Shown here piece by piece: positions 10,610 to 19,722 of a stretch of 64,000 nt of DNA. The translations under genes and the position numbers were made by a program. The notes below the pieces were generated by a model that had not been told where the DNA came from, did no database searches, and worked only from the letters and a program-made list of their open reading frames with translations. Position 1 is the stretch's first letter. Each line of letters starts with the position of its first letter. The DNA is from Niabella sp. (GTDB lineage: Bacteria > Bacteroidota > Bacteroidia > Chitinophagales > Chitinophagaceae): NCBI GenBank assembly GCA_047606125.1, contig JASGEW010000131.1, positions 7,406 to 71,405 of the forward strand. The letters run 5' to 3'.

Positions 10610-11521
10610 CTAATCCTTATTTACCGCCCGGTATTTAACAGGCGGCATACCGGTTACCTGCTTAAACCTTTTAGAAAAATAATACGGATCATCGAACCCC
10701 AGCGTTAACGCAATTTCCTTGATCGATTTATCGGTAAAGTCGAGCTGCTGGCATGCCTGCTGTATTTTCATCTGCATAAAATAATCCATGGGTGCGTACC
10801 CTGTTTTTTGTTTAAACAGGTTGGAGAAGCGCGATACTGAATAATTGGAATAGCTGCTGAGATCCTTTAATGTAAGCATATCCGTTACATGCTCCTGCAT
10901 GTATAAAATCGCGTTGTCCACACAATCCGTTTTTGTATTTAATGTTACCGGGTGGTGGCGTGCATTAAATATAAACAAAGATAAAAACTGGGCAAGGCAT
11001 AAATTGGCAAAAAGCAAATTATCCATGCTATAACCCAACTCCAGCGCTTTATACATTTTGTTAAACAGCGCGATCGCCTCGCCGTTATCTTTGGCATGCC
11101 GCGGCTCAAAATGCTCTTTTACCGTATGCTGCGCATTTAACTGCGGCAACCCGTTGCCACCAAAATGTACCCAGTAAATGCTCCAGGGATCATTATCATT
11201 GCTGGCATAAGCGTGCTCCTCGTTCTGGGGCAGCAGAAAAAACTCGTTAGGGCCAACATTATACCGCGCACCGTTCAATTCGAACATGCCATGGCCATCC
11301 ACACAATAAAATAGAAAATTTTCATGCAAGCCATGCCTTCTTTTGGTAAAATGTCCTTTAGCCTTTGGGTAAAATCCTAAACTGGAAATGTAAAGTCCGT
11401 TGATAAGCGGATTATTAATTACGGCAGATCGCAATACAGGCCGGGGTATCTCAATACGTTGCCGGCCTACGCCATACCAGATATTTTTATGCGAACCCTG
11501 TTTTATATCTTCCATATTCAT
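10610..11521 (-). CDS. AraC-family transcriptional regulator (cupin N-domain plus HTH)
   Basis: 303 aa. C-terminal AraC HTH is IKEIALTLGFDDPYYFSKRFKQVTGMPPVKYR. Its ATG overlaps the dxs stop (ATGA). Confidence 0.85.
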   Translation of the reverse strand: MNMEDIKQGSHKNIWYGVGRQRIEIPRPVLRSAVINNPLINGLYISSLGFYPKAKGHFTKRRHGLHENFLFYCVDGHGMFELNGARYNVGPNEFFLLPQNEEHAYASNDNDPWSIYWVHFGGNGLPQLNAQHTVKEHFEPRHAKDNGEAIALFNKMYKALELGYSMDNLLFANLCLAQFLSLFIFNARHHPVTLNTKTDCVDNAILYMQEHVTDMLTLKDLSSYSNYSVSRFSNLFKQKTGYAPMDYFMQMKIQQACQQLDFTDKSIKEIALTLGFDDPYYFSKRFKQVTGMPPVKYRAVNKD

Positions 11522-13461
11522 ATAGCATTGCTACGAACGGTTAAAACGGAAACACTTACATCCATCATCTTTCGAACCGTATCGGCAATGCCCTCCGCAT
11601 CATACCCGCATTCGCGGTGCAGCTCTTTTGGCGTTCCGTGCTCCACTACCCGATCCGGGATGCCCAGTATTTTTACCTCGTTTTTGTATCCATGCTGCGC
11701 CATAAATTCTAATACAGCGCTTCCAAAACCACCTGTCACCGTTCCGTCTTCTACAGTAATAATTTTTTCATATTTACCCAGCGCCTCATGCAACAACGTT
11801 TCATCAAGCGGTTTGGCAAAACGCATATCATAATGTGCGGCATCAATATCGGCTCTTTTCAGATCCCTTATTGCAGCAGCGGCAAAATTACCCGGGTGTC
11901 CGAAGGACAAAATGGCAACCCCTTTTCCGTCTTTCAGTTTTCTGCCTTTGCCTATTTCAATTTCATGCATAGTTGTTTGCCATTCAGGCATTACGCCTTC
12001 GCCGCGCGGGTACCGTATTACAAAAGGCAATATCGTAGTGTCCAGCTGTGCAGTATACATCAGGTTTCGCAATTCACTTTCGTTCATTGGCGAACTGATG
12101 ATCATATTAGGAATACAACGGAAATAGGCAATATCGTAGCAGCCATGGTGCGTAGGTCCGTCGTCCCCCACAAGGCCCGCCCTGTCCAGGCAGAACACTA
12201 CCGGTAGTTTCTGTATAGCCACATCATGCACCACCTGGTCGTAGGCACGCTGCATAAACGATGAATAAATATTACAATACACCCTTAACCCCTGTGTAGC
12301 CATTCCTGCGCTCAGCGTAGCAGCATGTTGCTCACAAATGCCTACGTCAAAAGCTCTGTCCGGCATTTCATCCATCATAAACTTCAGGGAAGAGCCCGAT
12401 GGCATTGCCGGGGTAATACCTATTATCTTATCATTTTGCCTGGCCAGTTCAATAATGGTTTTTCCAAAAACATCCTGGTACTTAGGTGGTTGCGGAACAT
12501 CAAATTTTTTCTTATAGATCTCTCCTGTTACCTTATCAAAAAGGCCGGGCGCATGCCACCTGGTCTGATCTTTTTCAGCCAGGGCATATCCCTTTCCTTT
12601 AGTAGTAATGATATGTAATAATTTTGGACCCGGTATGTCTTTAAGATCATTTAAAGTATCTACCAGCTTGCTGATATTGTGGCCGTCGATAGGGCCAAAA
12701 TATCTGAGCTTCAGCGCTTCAAACAAATTGGCGCTGCTGCTAACCATTCCCTTTATACCTTCGGCAAGCTTATGCGCCATCGCGCGGCTGAATCGCTTTC
12801 CCACCGGCAGCTTGCCTAAAGCTTTCCAGACATCGTCCTTAAACCTATTGTAAGTTGGGGAAATCGTTATATCAGTAAGATATTCCTTAAGCGCCCCCAC
12901 ATTGGGATCGATGCCGATGCCGTTGTCATTTAAGATAATGAGCATATCGGTATTAGCTACGCCTGCATGGTTCATCCCCTCAAAGGCCATACCTGCAGTC
13001 ATGGAACCATCCCCTATAATGGCCACTACCTTTCTGTCGGCCTCTCCTTTATATTTTGCAGCCATAGCCATTCCTAAAGCCGCCGAAATAGAAGTGGATG
13101 AATGCCCTACCCCAAAAGTATCATATTCACTTTCTGAGCGTTTGGGAAACCCGCTGATGCCTTTGTATTTCCGGTTGGTCTCAAAATGATCGCGCCTGCC
13201 GGTAATGATCTTATGACCATACGCCTGATGCCCTACATCCCAAACCAATTGATCATAAGGGGTGTTGTATACATAATGTAAAGCTGTGGTCAGTTCTATT
13301 ACGCCCAAACTCGCGGCAAAATGCCCCCCATGCACACTCACTACATCAATAATATATTGCCTGAGCTCCTCGCAAAACTCATGCAACTTTTCCAAAGGAA
13401 TTTTTTTTAAATCCTCTGGCTGATTAACTGATTGTAATAACGGACCGGGCGTGATAGTCAT
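11518..13461 (-). CDS. dxs: 1-deoxy-D-xylulose-5-phosphate synthase
   Basis: 647 aa. Has GGHFAASLG, the TPP motif GDGSMTAGMAFEGMNHAG...NDNG and DRAGLVGDDGPTHHG. Confidence 0.95.
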   Translation of the reverse strand: MTITPGPLLQSVNQPEDLKKIPLEKLHEFCEELRQYIIDVVSVHGGHFAASLGVIELTTALHYVYNTPYDQLVWDVGHQAYGHKIITGRRDHFETNRKYKGISGFPKRSESEYDTFGVGHSSTSISAALGMAMAAKYKGEADRKVVAIIGDGSMTAGMAFEGMNHAGVANTDMLIILNDNGIGIDPNVGALKEYLTDITISPTYNRFKDDVWKALGKLPVGKRFSRAMAHKLAEGIKGMVSSSANLFEALKLRYFGPIDGHNISKLVDTLNDLKDIPGPKLLHIITTKGKGYALAEKDQTRWHAPGLFDKVTGEIYKKKFDVPQPPKYQDVFGKTIIELARQNDKIIGITPAMPSGSSLKFMMDEMPDRAFDVGICEQHAATLSAGMATQGLRVYCNIYSSFMQRAYDQVVHDVAIQKLPVVFCLDRAGLVGDDGPTHHGCYDIAYFRCIPNMIISSPMNESELRNLMYTAQLDTTILPFVIRYPRGEGVMPEWQTTMHEIEIGKGRKLKDGKGVAILSFGHPGNFAAAAIRDLKRADIDAAHYDMRFAKPLDETLLHEALGKYEKIITVEDGTVTGGFGSAVLEFMAQHGYKNEVKILGIPDRVVEHGTPKELHRECGYDAEGIADTVRKMMDVSVSVLTVRSNAI

Positions 13462-13637
13462 TTTAAGGAAAAATTATCACGCAAAAATAAGAATTTTACC
13501 TATAGCTTTACCCATATATAGCTGAGGGAAAGGAAATATCCTGTCCTTTAATCCGTCAAAAAAAGGGTAATCACTATAAAATTCACCACTTATAATTTAA
13601 GGTTTTTCACTCGGTTTTAATTATATAGATTTGAAAT

Positions 13638-14705
13638 ATGTTGAAGGGGAAAAAACTTTACTGGGTTTGCCAGTTAGCCGGCTGGAGCGCTTTTGTTTTA
13701 TGGATTATTTTCGGGGCATGGTCAATGGACAGGCTTAACTCGCCTGAAGAGCGTTTAATAACCATACAAAGAGGTATAGGATTTGGCATTATTGGTCTTA
13801 TTATGACACATTGTCTCAGGATTATCCTGATTAAATTAAATGTTTTTTCTAAAAATATCTCACGCCAGATATGGATGTTCATCATTTCAACGCTGATCAT
13901 TTCTTTTGTAACCGGGGTTATTGAATTTTACATTTACAACTGGCTGAAGCTGATGGTTAAAAGCGAAAAGTTCATTACTTCCAGGTCTTTACTGCTCATT
14001 TTTTTGAACAACGCACTGGCATGGTTCACTTATTTTTCTACCTGGAGTGCGATCTACTTTATTTACCACTATGTAACCACCTCTCAAAAAGAACAGATCG
14101 ATACCTTAAAGCTTAAATCACATATAAAAGAGCTGGAGCTGAAAACCATAAAAACACATATTAACCCTCACTTTATTTTTAACTCCCTGAATGGTATAAG
14201 AGCAATGGTAGATGAAGATCCCCAGCGGGCCAGGACAGCCATAACTGAGCTAAGTAATATTTTGCGCAGCAGCATCAATATAGATAAATCGGAAATGATC
14301 CCCCTTTCCGATGAGCTGAAAATTATTAAGGATTACCTTGCATTGGAGGAGATGCGCTTTGAAAACCGGCTGCATATTGAATATGATATCAGCGAAAATG
14401 CAGGCCAGCAGCAGGTTCCGCCCATGATGTGGCAAATGATGGTTGAAAATGCGATTAAACATGGCATCAGCCAGGAAATAAACGGTGGTACGGTAAAGCT
14501 GATGGCTCACATGAACGGGCCTTACCTGAATTTATCTGTTGAAAATACGGGTAAACTTAAACCACAACAAAAAGACGGGGGATTTGGCATCAGGAGCATC
14601 CGGGAAAGACTGCAACTGATATATGGAGATAATGCATCCTTCAACATACTGCAATCTGCCCCGCAGGTGGTAAATGCAAAACTGGAATTACCCATTGAAT
14701 TCTAA
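13638..14705 (+). CDS. Sensor histidine kinase, LytS/YehU type (His_kinase plus HATPase)
   Basis: 355 aa. Multi-TM N-terminus, then HINPHFIFNSLNGI (H-box of the LytS type) and an ATPase region NAIKHG...GFGIRSIRERL. Confidence 0.8.
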   Translation: MLKGKKLYWVCQLAGWSAFVLWIIFGAWSMDRLNSPEERLITIQRGIGFGIIGLIMTHCLRIILIKLNVFSKNISRQIWMFIISTLIISFVTGVIEFYIYNWLKLMVKSEKFITSRSLLLIFLNNALAWFTYFSTWSAIYFIYHYVTTSQKEQIDTLKLKSHIKELELKTIKTHINPHFIFNSLNGIRAMVDEDPQRARTAITELSNILRSSINIDKSEMIPLSDELKIIKDYLALEEMRFENRLHIEYDISENAGQQQVPPMMWQMMVENAIKHGISQEINGGTVKLMAHMNGPYLNLSVENTGKLKPQQKDGGFGIRSIRERLQLIYGDNASFNILQSAPQVVNAKLELPIEF

Positions 14706-14712
14706 AATATAA

Positions 14713-15444
14713 ATGATGAGAACGCTTATTATTGATGATGAAAGACTGGCACGCAAAGAGCTGACTAAAATGCTGGAACCATTTTCAGAAATAGAAATCA
14801 TAGGCGAAGCTGCAAATGCGGATGAAGCGATTGAATACATAAATACCCTGCAACCGGATCTTATTTTTCTGGACATCCAGATGCCCGGTCAAAGCGGATT
14901 TGAAATGCTGTCGGAACTGGACGCCGCACCTAAAGTTATCTTCACTACCGCTTTTGACGAATATGCCCTAAAAGCCTTTGAAGTAAATGCACTCGATTAT
15001 TTGTTAAAACCTATTGAACCCTCTCGCCTGGAAGCGGCAATAAAAAAGATAAATATTACTGCAGAAAAAGAAAACCAGGCAGAATATCCAAACAACAATA
15101 CGGAGCTGCTTACCGAAAACAGCCAGGTGTTTGTAAAAGATGGCGACCGATGCTGGTTTATTAAGCTAAGTGAAGTGCGTTTATTTGAAAGTGTGGGCAA
15201 CTACGCAAAAGTTTTTTTTAACGGGCATAAGCCATTAATTTTAAAATCACTTAACGCATTGGAAGAACGATTGGACCCCAAAACATTTTTCCGGGCTAAC
15301 CGCAAGCATATTGTTAACCTGCGCATGGTTGAAAAAATTGAACCCTATTTTAATAACGGCCTGTTAATAGAATTAAAAGGCGGTGAAAAAATTGAAGTAA
15401 GCCGCAGGCAGACCGTAAAGTTCAAAGAAAAAATGAGTTTTTAA
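14713..15444 (+). CDS. LytR/AlgR-family response regulator (REC plus LytTR DNA-binding domain)
   Basis: 243 aa. REC motifs IIDDE, DLIFLDIQMPG and DYLLKP, plus the C-terminal LytTR pattern FFRANRKHIVN. Lies 8 nt downstream of the kinase. Confidence 0.9.
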   Translation: MMRTLIIDDERLARKELTKMLEPFSEIEIIGEAANADEAIEYINTLQPDLIFLDIQMPGQSGFEMLSELDAAPKVIFTTAFDEYALKAFEVNALDYLLKPIEPSRLEAAIKKINITAEKENQAEYPNNNTELLTENSQVFVKDGDRCWFIKLSEVRLFESVGNYAKVFFNGHKPLILKSLNALEERLDPKTFFRANRKHIVNLRMVEKIEPYFNNGLLIELKGGEKIEVSRRQTVKFKEKMSF

Positions 15445-15473
15445 TTGAATACCTTTTATCATCAATAAAAAAT

Positions 15474-16757
15474 ATGGTTATCAAAAGAATAATACTATAC
15501 AGTGGTATCCTTTTAAGCGGATCGCCTTTATGCGCTCAAAAAAATACCGGCATTCATGCAGACGATGTGTCAAGAGTGATGAATACGCTGGCTGCAGACG
15601 ATATGAAAGGGCGAAAAACGTACAGCCCGGAAATTGATAAGGCGGCTGCGTTTATTGCAGCTGAGTTTAAAGCTGCAGGACTCGAACCCTTATCGGGCAA
15701 TAGCTATCTTCAAAAATTTTACATGGTTCATGCAGAACAGCAATCCCTTACGGCCAAAGCCAATGGCACAGAAATCGATCCAAAGAATATAGTGTTGGTC
15801 ACCGCCGAACCGGAGACCAGTATAAATGGCACAGCGGATTATACCATTGAAAAAATTAAAGAAGGAGAGAATCTTTATTCAAAAGCGATGCAGGCATTAC
15901 AAAACAAAAAGAACACTATTGTTATTATTGACAAAAGTTTTTCAGACAGGTTTTCAAGACTGGCATCGCTTAAACGCAATTTTTTTAAAACAGGGGCCAA
16001 CGTGCTGTTTATTTTGGGCGATACCGATCTGAAGGATTTTTCATTAACGGCGAAACATACGGTCAAAGAAAATAAATTATCAAATGTAGCCGGGTTATTG
16101 CCGGGTAAAAAACTAAAAAATGAGTTCGTTATTTTTTCCGGGCATTATGATCATTTGGGAATCGGAACTCCAGACAATGGCGATAGCATTTATAACGGCG
16201 CTAACGATGATGCATCGGGCACAACTGCTGTTATAGAACTTGCAAAATACTACAAAGCGAAAGGCAACAACGAGCGATCCATCATTTTTGCAGCTTTTAC
16301 TGCAGAAGAAGTGGGCGGCTTTGGCTCACAATATTTCAGCAAACAGCTGGCACCTGAAAAAGTAGTGGCGATGTTCAATATCGAAATGATTGGTACGGAT
16401 AGCAAATGGGGGAAGAATTCGGCTTATATAACCGGCTATGAAAAAACCAGCATGGGCGATATTCTTCAAAAGAATTTAAAGGGCAGCGGCTTTAGCTTTT
16501 ACCCTGATCCCTATCCTGATCAGCAATTGTTCTATCGTTCGGATAATGCCACACTTGCCCGGTTAGGTGTTCCGGCGCATACCATTTCCACGTCAAAAAT
16601 GGATAATGAGCCCAATTATCATAAAGCCAGTGACGAAGTAAAAACACTTGATCTTAACAATATGACCGAAATCATCAAATCAATTGCCATCAGCGCTCAA
16701 AGCATTATATCGGGTAAGGATACACCAACAAGAGTAAATACTGAAGCGCTAAAATGA
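15474..16757 (+). CDS. M28-family zinc aminopeptidase (secreted)
   Basis: 427 aa with a signal peptide. Has HYDHLG, GANDDASGTTAVIELAK, FTAEEVGGFGS and IEMIG. Confidence 0.8.
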   Translation: MVIKRIILYSGILLSGSPLCAQKNTGIHADDVSRVMNTLAADDMKGRKTYSPEIDKAAAFIAAEFKAAGLEPLSGNSYLQKFYMVHAEQQSLTAKANGTEIDPKNIVLVTAEPETSINGTADYTIEKIKEGENLYSKAMQALQNKKNTIVIIDKSFSDRFSRLASLKRNFFKTGANVLFILGDTDLKDFSLTAKHTVKENKLSNVAGLLPGKKLKNEFVIFSGHYDHLGIGTPDNGDSIYNGANDDASGTTAVIELAKYYKAKGNNERSIIFAAFTAEEVGGFGSQYFSKQLAPEKVVAMFNIEMIGTDSKWGKNSAYITGYEKTSMGDILQKNLKGSGFSFYPDPYPDQQLFYRSDNATLARLGVPAHTISTSKMDNEPNYHKASDEVKTLDLNNMTEIIKSIAISAQSIISGKDTPTRVNTEALK

Positions 16758-16791
16758 TGCAGCACTGAGCCTCCCTTATTCTTATTAGACA

Positions 16792-17625
16792 TCAAAAAAT
16801 AAAGGATAAACCAGGTGTATGCTTTTTTTCATTCCCTTCCTGCGCCGACATGGTATTCATTTTTATTTGGGCCAATTCATCATTCATCCTGTTAATTGAA
16901 GTTCTGGCAAAGAAGCCTGTAATTATATCCAGATCGTTATGCTTATGGCTCATTTTCAAAGCATCTACATAGTCTTGCTTTTGTTCTGCCTGAACAATAA
17001 CAATAGGGTGATGAAATTTTGATAAAATAAAATTTGACAAAAGTCTTCCTAACCGTCCATTCCCATCAGGAAAGGGATGCAGATAAATAAGATATTTATG
17101 AAACTTAGCGGCTATCTCAATAGGATGGATGCTTTTTCTGTTAATAGCTTCCTGTGTTTGCTCCATTAAATCCGGTATCTGCGCAATACTAATTTCGTGG
17201 TCAGGAAAAATAGTATCTCCTGCCGCCATTTGAGTAGTGGTATATGCTCCGGGGTCGTACCCTTTTGTATAGTGGATCGTATTTTTTGTAAGAATTTTAT
17301 GAGTAGATATTAATAAATCCTCTGAGAAGGGTACGGTAAGATCAGCAAATAAAAATTCATACGCGTTAAAATGATCTAAAATTTCAAACGCTTCCAGCAT
17401 AGACTTGTCATGTAATTTTAACTTCAGTCCATGCTCTTTTAATTCTTTGGTATCATTAACAGAAAAACTGTTTCCCTCAATAGCACAGGAATGTGCTGAG
17501 AACAGGATCTCATTATACTCGAACAGGTTCTCCCTTGAAAATCTTTTTTCTACTGCGATAGTATAGGTTTGCAAAACACTATCGTATTCTTCTAAAATCT
17601 GCTTTATGGAAATAGACCGCTCCAT
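16792..17625 (-). CDS. Fic-family protein (class II, intramolecular inhibitory helix)
   Basis: 277 aa. The Fic motif HPFPDGNGRLGR matches HxFx(D/E)GNGRxxR. The upstream SCAIEG matches the inhibitory motif (S/T)xxxE(G/N). Confidence 0.85.
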   Translation of the reverse strand: MERSISIKQILEEYDSVLQTYTIAVEKRFSRENLFEYNEILFSAHSCAIEGNSFSVNDTKELKEHGLKLKLHDKSMLEAFEILDHFNAYEFLFADLTVPFSEDLLISTHKILTKNTIHYTKGYDPGAYTTTQMAAGDTIFPDHEISIAQIPDLMEQTQEAINRKSIHPIEIAAKFHKYLIYLHPFPDGNGRLGRLLSNFILSKFHHPIVIVQAEQKQDYVDALKMSHKHNDLDIITGFFARTSINRMNDELAQIKMNTMSAQEGNEKKHTPGLSFIF

Positions 17626-17698
17626 AGTATAAATTTAGGGCAGTTATTTCAATTTATTAAGAATAAGAAGATGAATTTTGTTTCGACTTCCTTACCGG

Positions 17699-18736
17699 CT
17701 ATTCACTTTTATGCAATGCTTTTCTTACTGCCGGGGCTATTTTATCACCAAAAATTTCAATAGATCTCATCATCCTGTCGTGCGAAGGAGCGCCTACATC
17801 CATGTGGGCAGAAAAACGGGTTAACCCGAATAAATCATGCAATTCAAGAATTTTTTCTATAGCCTCGTTTGCATCACCAATGATCAGATGTCCCCCTTTG
17901 CCCCGGCCCCGATCAAACTGAACCCGCTGATACGGCGGCCAGCCACGCGAACGCCCTACCCTGTCCATTTGAGCTGAATAAACAGGATAATAATATTCGC
18001 TGACGGCTTTGCTATCTGCTCCAAAAAAAGCGTGTACATGCACGCCTACTTCAAATAGGTTCATATCATGCCCGGACTGCTGATAGATCGCTTTGTTATA
18101 TTCAAATAAAGGCTTGAACTGTACCGGGTCACCTCCAATAATAGCAAACATTACCGGTAATCCCAGGGAAGCTGCACGCACTACCGATTCGGGGGTGCCG
18201 CCAACTGCCACCCAAATTTTTAAGCGGCCATGCAGGGCACGGGGCAATACTGTCTGGTTTTTCAGCTCCGGTCTGAATTTACCTTTCCATGAAACAGTAT
18301 CCTGGTTATTGATCTGTAATAACAATCTTAATTTCTCATCAAATAAAGCATCATAGTCTTTCAGATCCTGCCCGTAAAGCGGGAAAGATTCTATGAAACT
18401 TCCCCGCCCTGCCATCAGTTCGGCCCTTCCGTTTGAAAGCAGGTCGATCGTTGCAAAGCTTTGATATAATTTCACCGGATCGGCAGAGCTCAATACCGAT
18501 ACCGCACTGCCTAATTTAATATTTTTAGTAACTGTTGAGGCGGCTGCCAGTACGATCTCAGGAGCAGAAACTGCATAATCGGGCCGGTGATGCTCTCCTA
18601 TTCCATAAAAATCCAGCCCCACCTCATCCATAAGCTTTATTTCTTCAATAATTTCCTGCAGGCGTTGCTGTGCTGGTTGTGGTTTGCCGTTTGCATCTAT
18701 TTGCACATCGCCAAACATGCCTATACCTAACTCCAT
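17699..18736 (-). CDS. LLM-class (luciferase-like) flavin-dependent oxidoreductase
   Basis: 345 aa. MELGIGMFGD...DFYGIGEHH...AELMAGRGSF is typical of the luciferase-like monooxygenase family. Confidence 0.8.
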   Translation of the reverse strand: MELGIGMFGDVQIDANGKPQPAQQRLQEIIEEIKLMDEVGLDFYGIGEHHRPDYAVSAPEIVLAAASTVTKNIKLGSAVSVLSSADPVKLYQSFATIDLLSNGRAELMAGRGSFIESFPLYGQDLKDYDALFDEKLRLLLQINNQDTVSWKGKFRPELKNQTVLPRALHGRLKIWVAVGGTPESVVRAASLGLPVMFAIIGGDPVQFKPLFEYNKAIYQQSGHDMNLFEVGVHVHAFFGADSKAVSEYYYPVYSAQMDRVGRSRGWPPYQRVQFDRGRGKGGHLIIGDANEAIEKILELHDLFGLTRFSAHMDVGAPSHDRMMRSIEIFGDKIAPAVRKALHKSE

Positions 18737-18751
18737 TGTCTGAACCTTGAT

Positions 18752-19513
18752 TTAAATATTGACTTTTGCAGAAGAAGCATGAATAGCCTGGCTCATTTCG
18801 GCAATAAGGGATGCATCTTTTTCAATTGCATTTCCGATCACGATCACATCGGCGCCGGCCTTACAATTAAGATACGCTTTTTCAGGATCGGTAATGCCGC
18901 CTCCAACAATCACAGGCACTTCCACATTTTCTGAAACTGCCTTTATCATACTTTCTGTGATCGGAATTTTAGCACCGCTGCCGGCATCCATATAAATCAG
19001 CTTCATACCCAGCATTTCGCCGGCAAGGGCTGTACAGATCGCTATTTCATTTTTATTGGAAGGAACAGGTGTGGCATTGCTGATATAGGAAACAGTTGTG
19101 GGAGCGCCTCCGTCCACCACAATATACCCGGTAGGAATGATCTCCAAACCACTCTTTTTTACAAAGGGGGCCGAAACAACATGTTGCCCGATCAGGAGTT
19201 CAGGATTTCTGCCCGAAATAAGCGAAAGGTATAAAAGCGCATCCGCATATTTTGATATCTGCGAAGGGCTTCCCGGAAATAAGATTACAGGAATATCGCA
19301 ATTCGCTTTTATTTGCTGTACAAAATTATCCAGGTGGTTGGAAATCACCAGGCTCCCGCCAACAAAGAAATAATCCACCTTAGCTTTTTGAGACAGCTGT
19401 ATCAACGTGTCAAGTGAAGATGAGGTAATATCATCGGGATCGATCAATACCACAAAAGATTTCTGTGCATCCTTCTTCTTTTCAACTAAGGAATTATAAA
19501 TGTTCATCTTCAT
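18752..19513 (-). CDS. Geranylgeranylglyceryl / heptaprenylglyceryl phosphate synthase (PcrB/GGGPS family)
   Basis: 253 aa TIM-barrel pattern: LIDPD, FFVGGS, ILFPGS, YMDAGSGA and IVGGGI. Confidence 0.8.
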   Translation of the reverse strand: MKMNIYNSLVEKKKDAQKSFVVLIDPDDITSSSLDTLIQLSQKAKVDYFFVGGSLVISNHLDNFVQQIKANCDIPVILFPGSPSQISKYADALLYLSLISGRNPELLIGQHVVSAPFVKKSGLEIIPTGYIVVDGGAPTTVSYISNATPVPSNKNEIAICTALAGEMLGMKLIYMDAGSGAKIPITESMIKAVSENVEVPVIVGGGITDPEKAYLNCKAGADVIVIGNAIEKDASLIAEMSQAIHASSAKVNI

Positions 19514-19722
19514 CAGATATAGGCCGGTTTCTGCAAAAATGCAAAAAGTTTTTGAAAAAACAGCAATTATTAATATCCCATCTTATTCGTAAATTTAATC
19601 TGCTGCAGTATATATTCTATTTGTCTTAAATTCATTTCGTTAACACTTATACATATAAAAATATCGCATCCGGGGATTTGGAAACTGCCTAATGTCGATG
19701 ATAGTTTTTATCTTGCTCAAAA

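Noticed and set aside
11459-13189. Series of plus-strand ORFs (124, 139, 71, 97, 81 and 95 aa)
   Set aside because: All are antisense to dxs and the AraC gene, and none has a recognisable motif.
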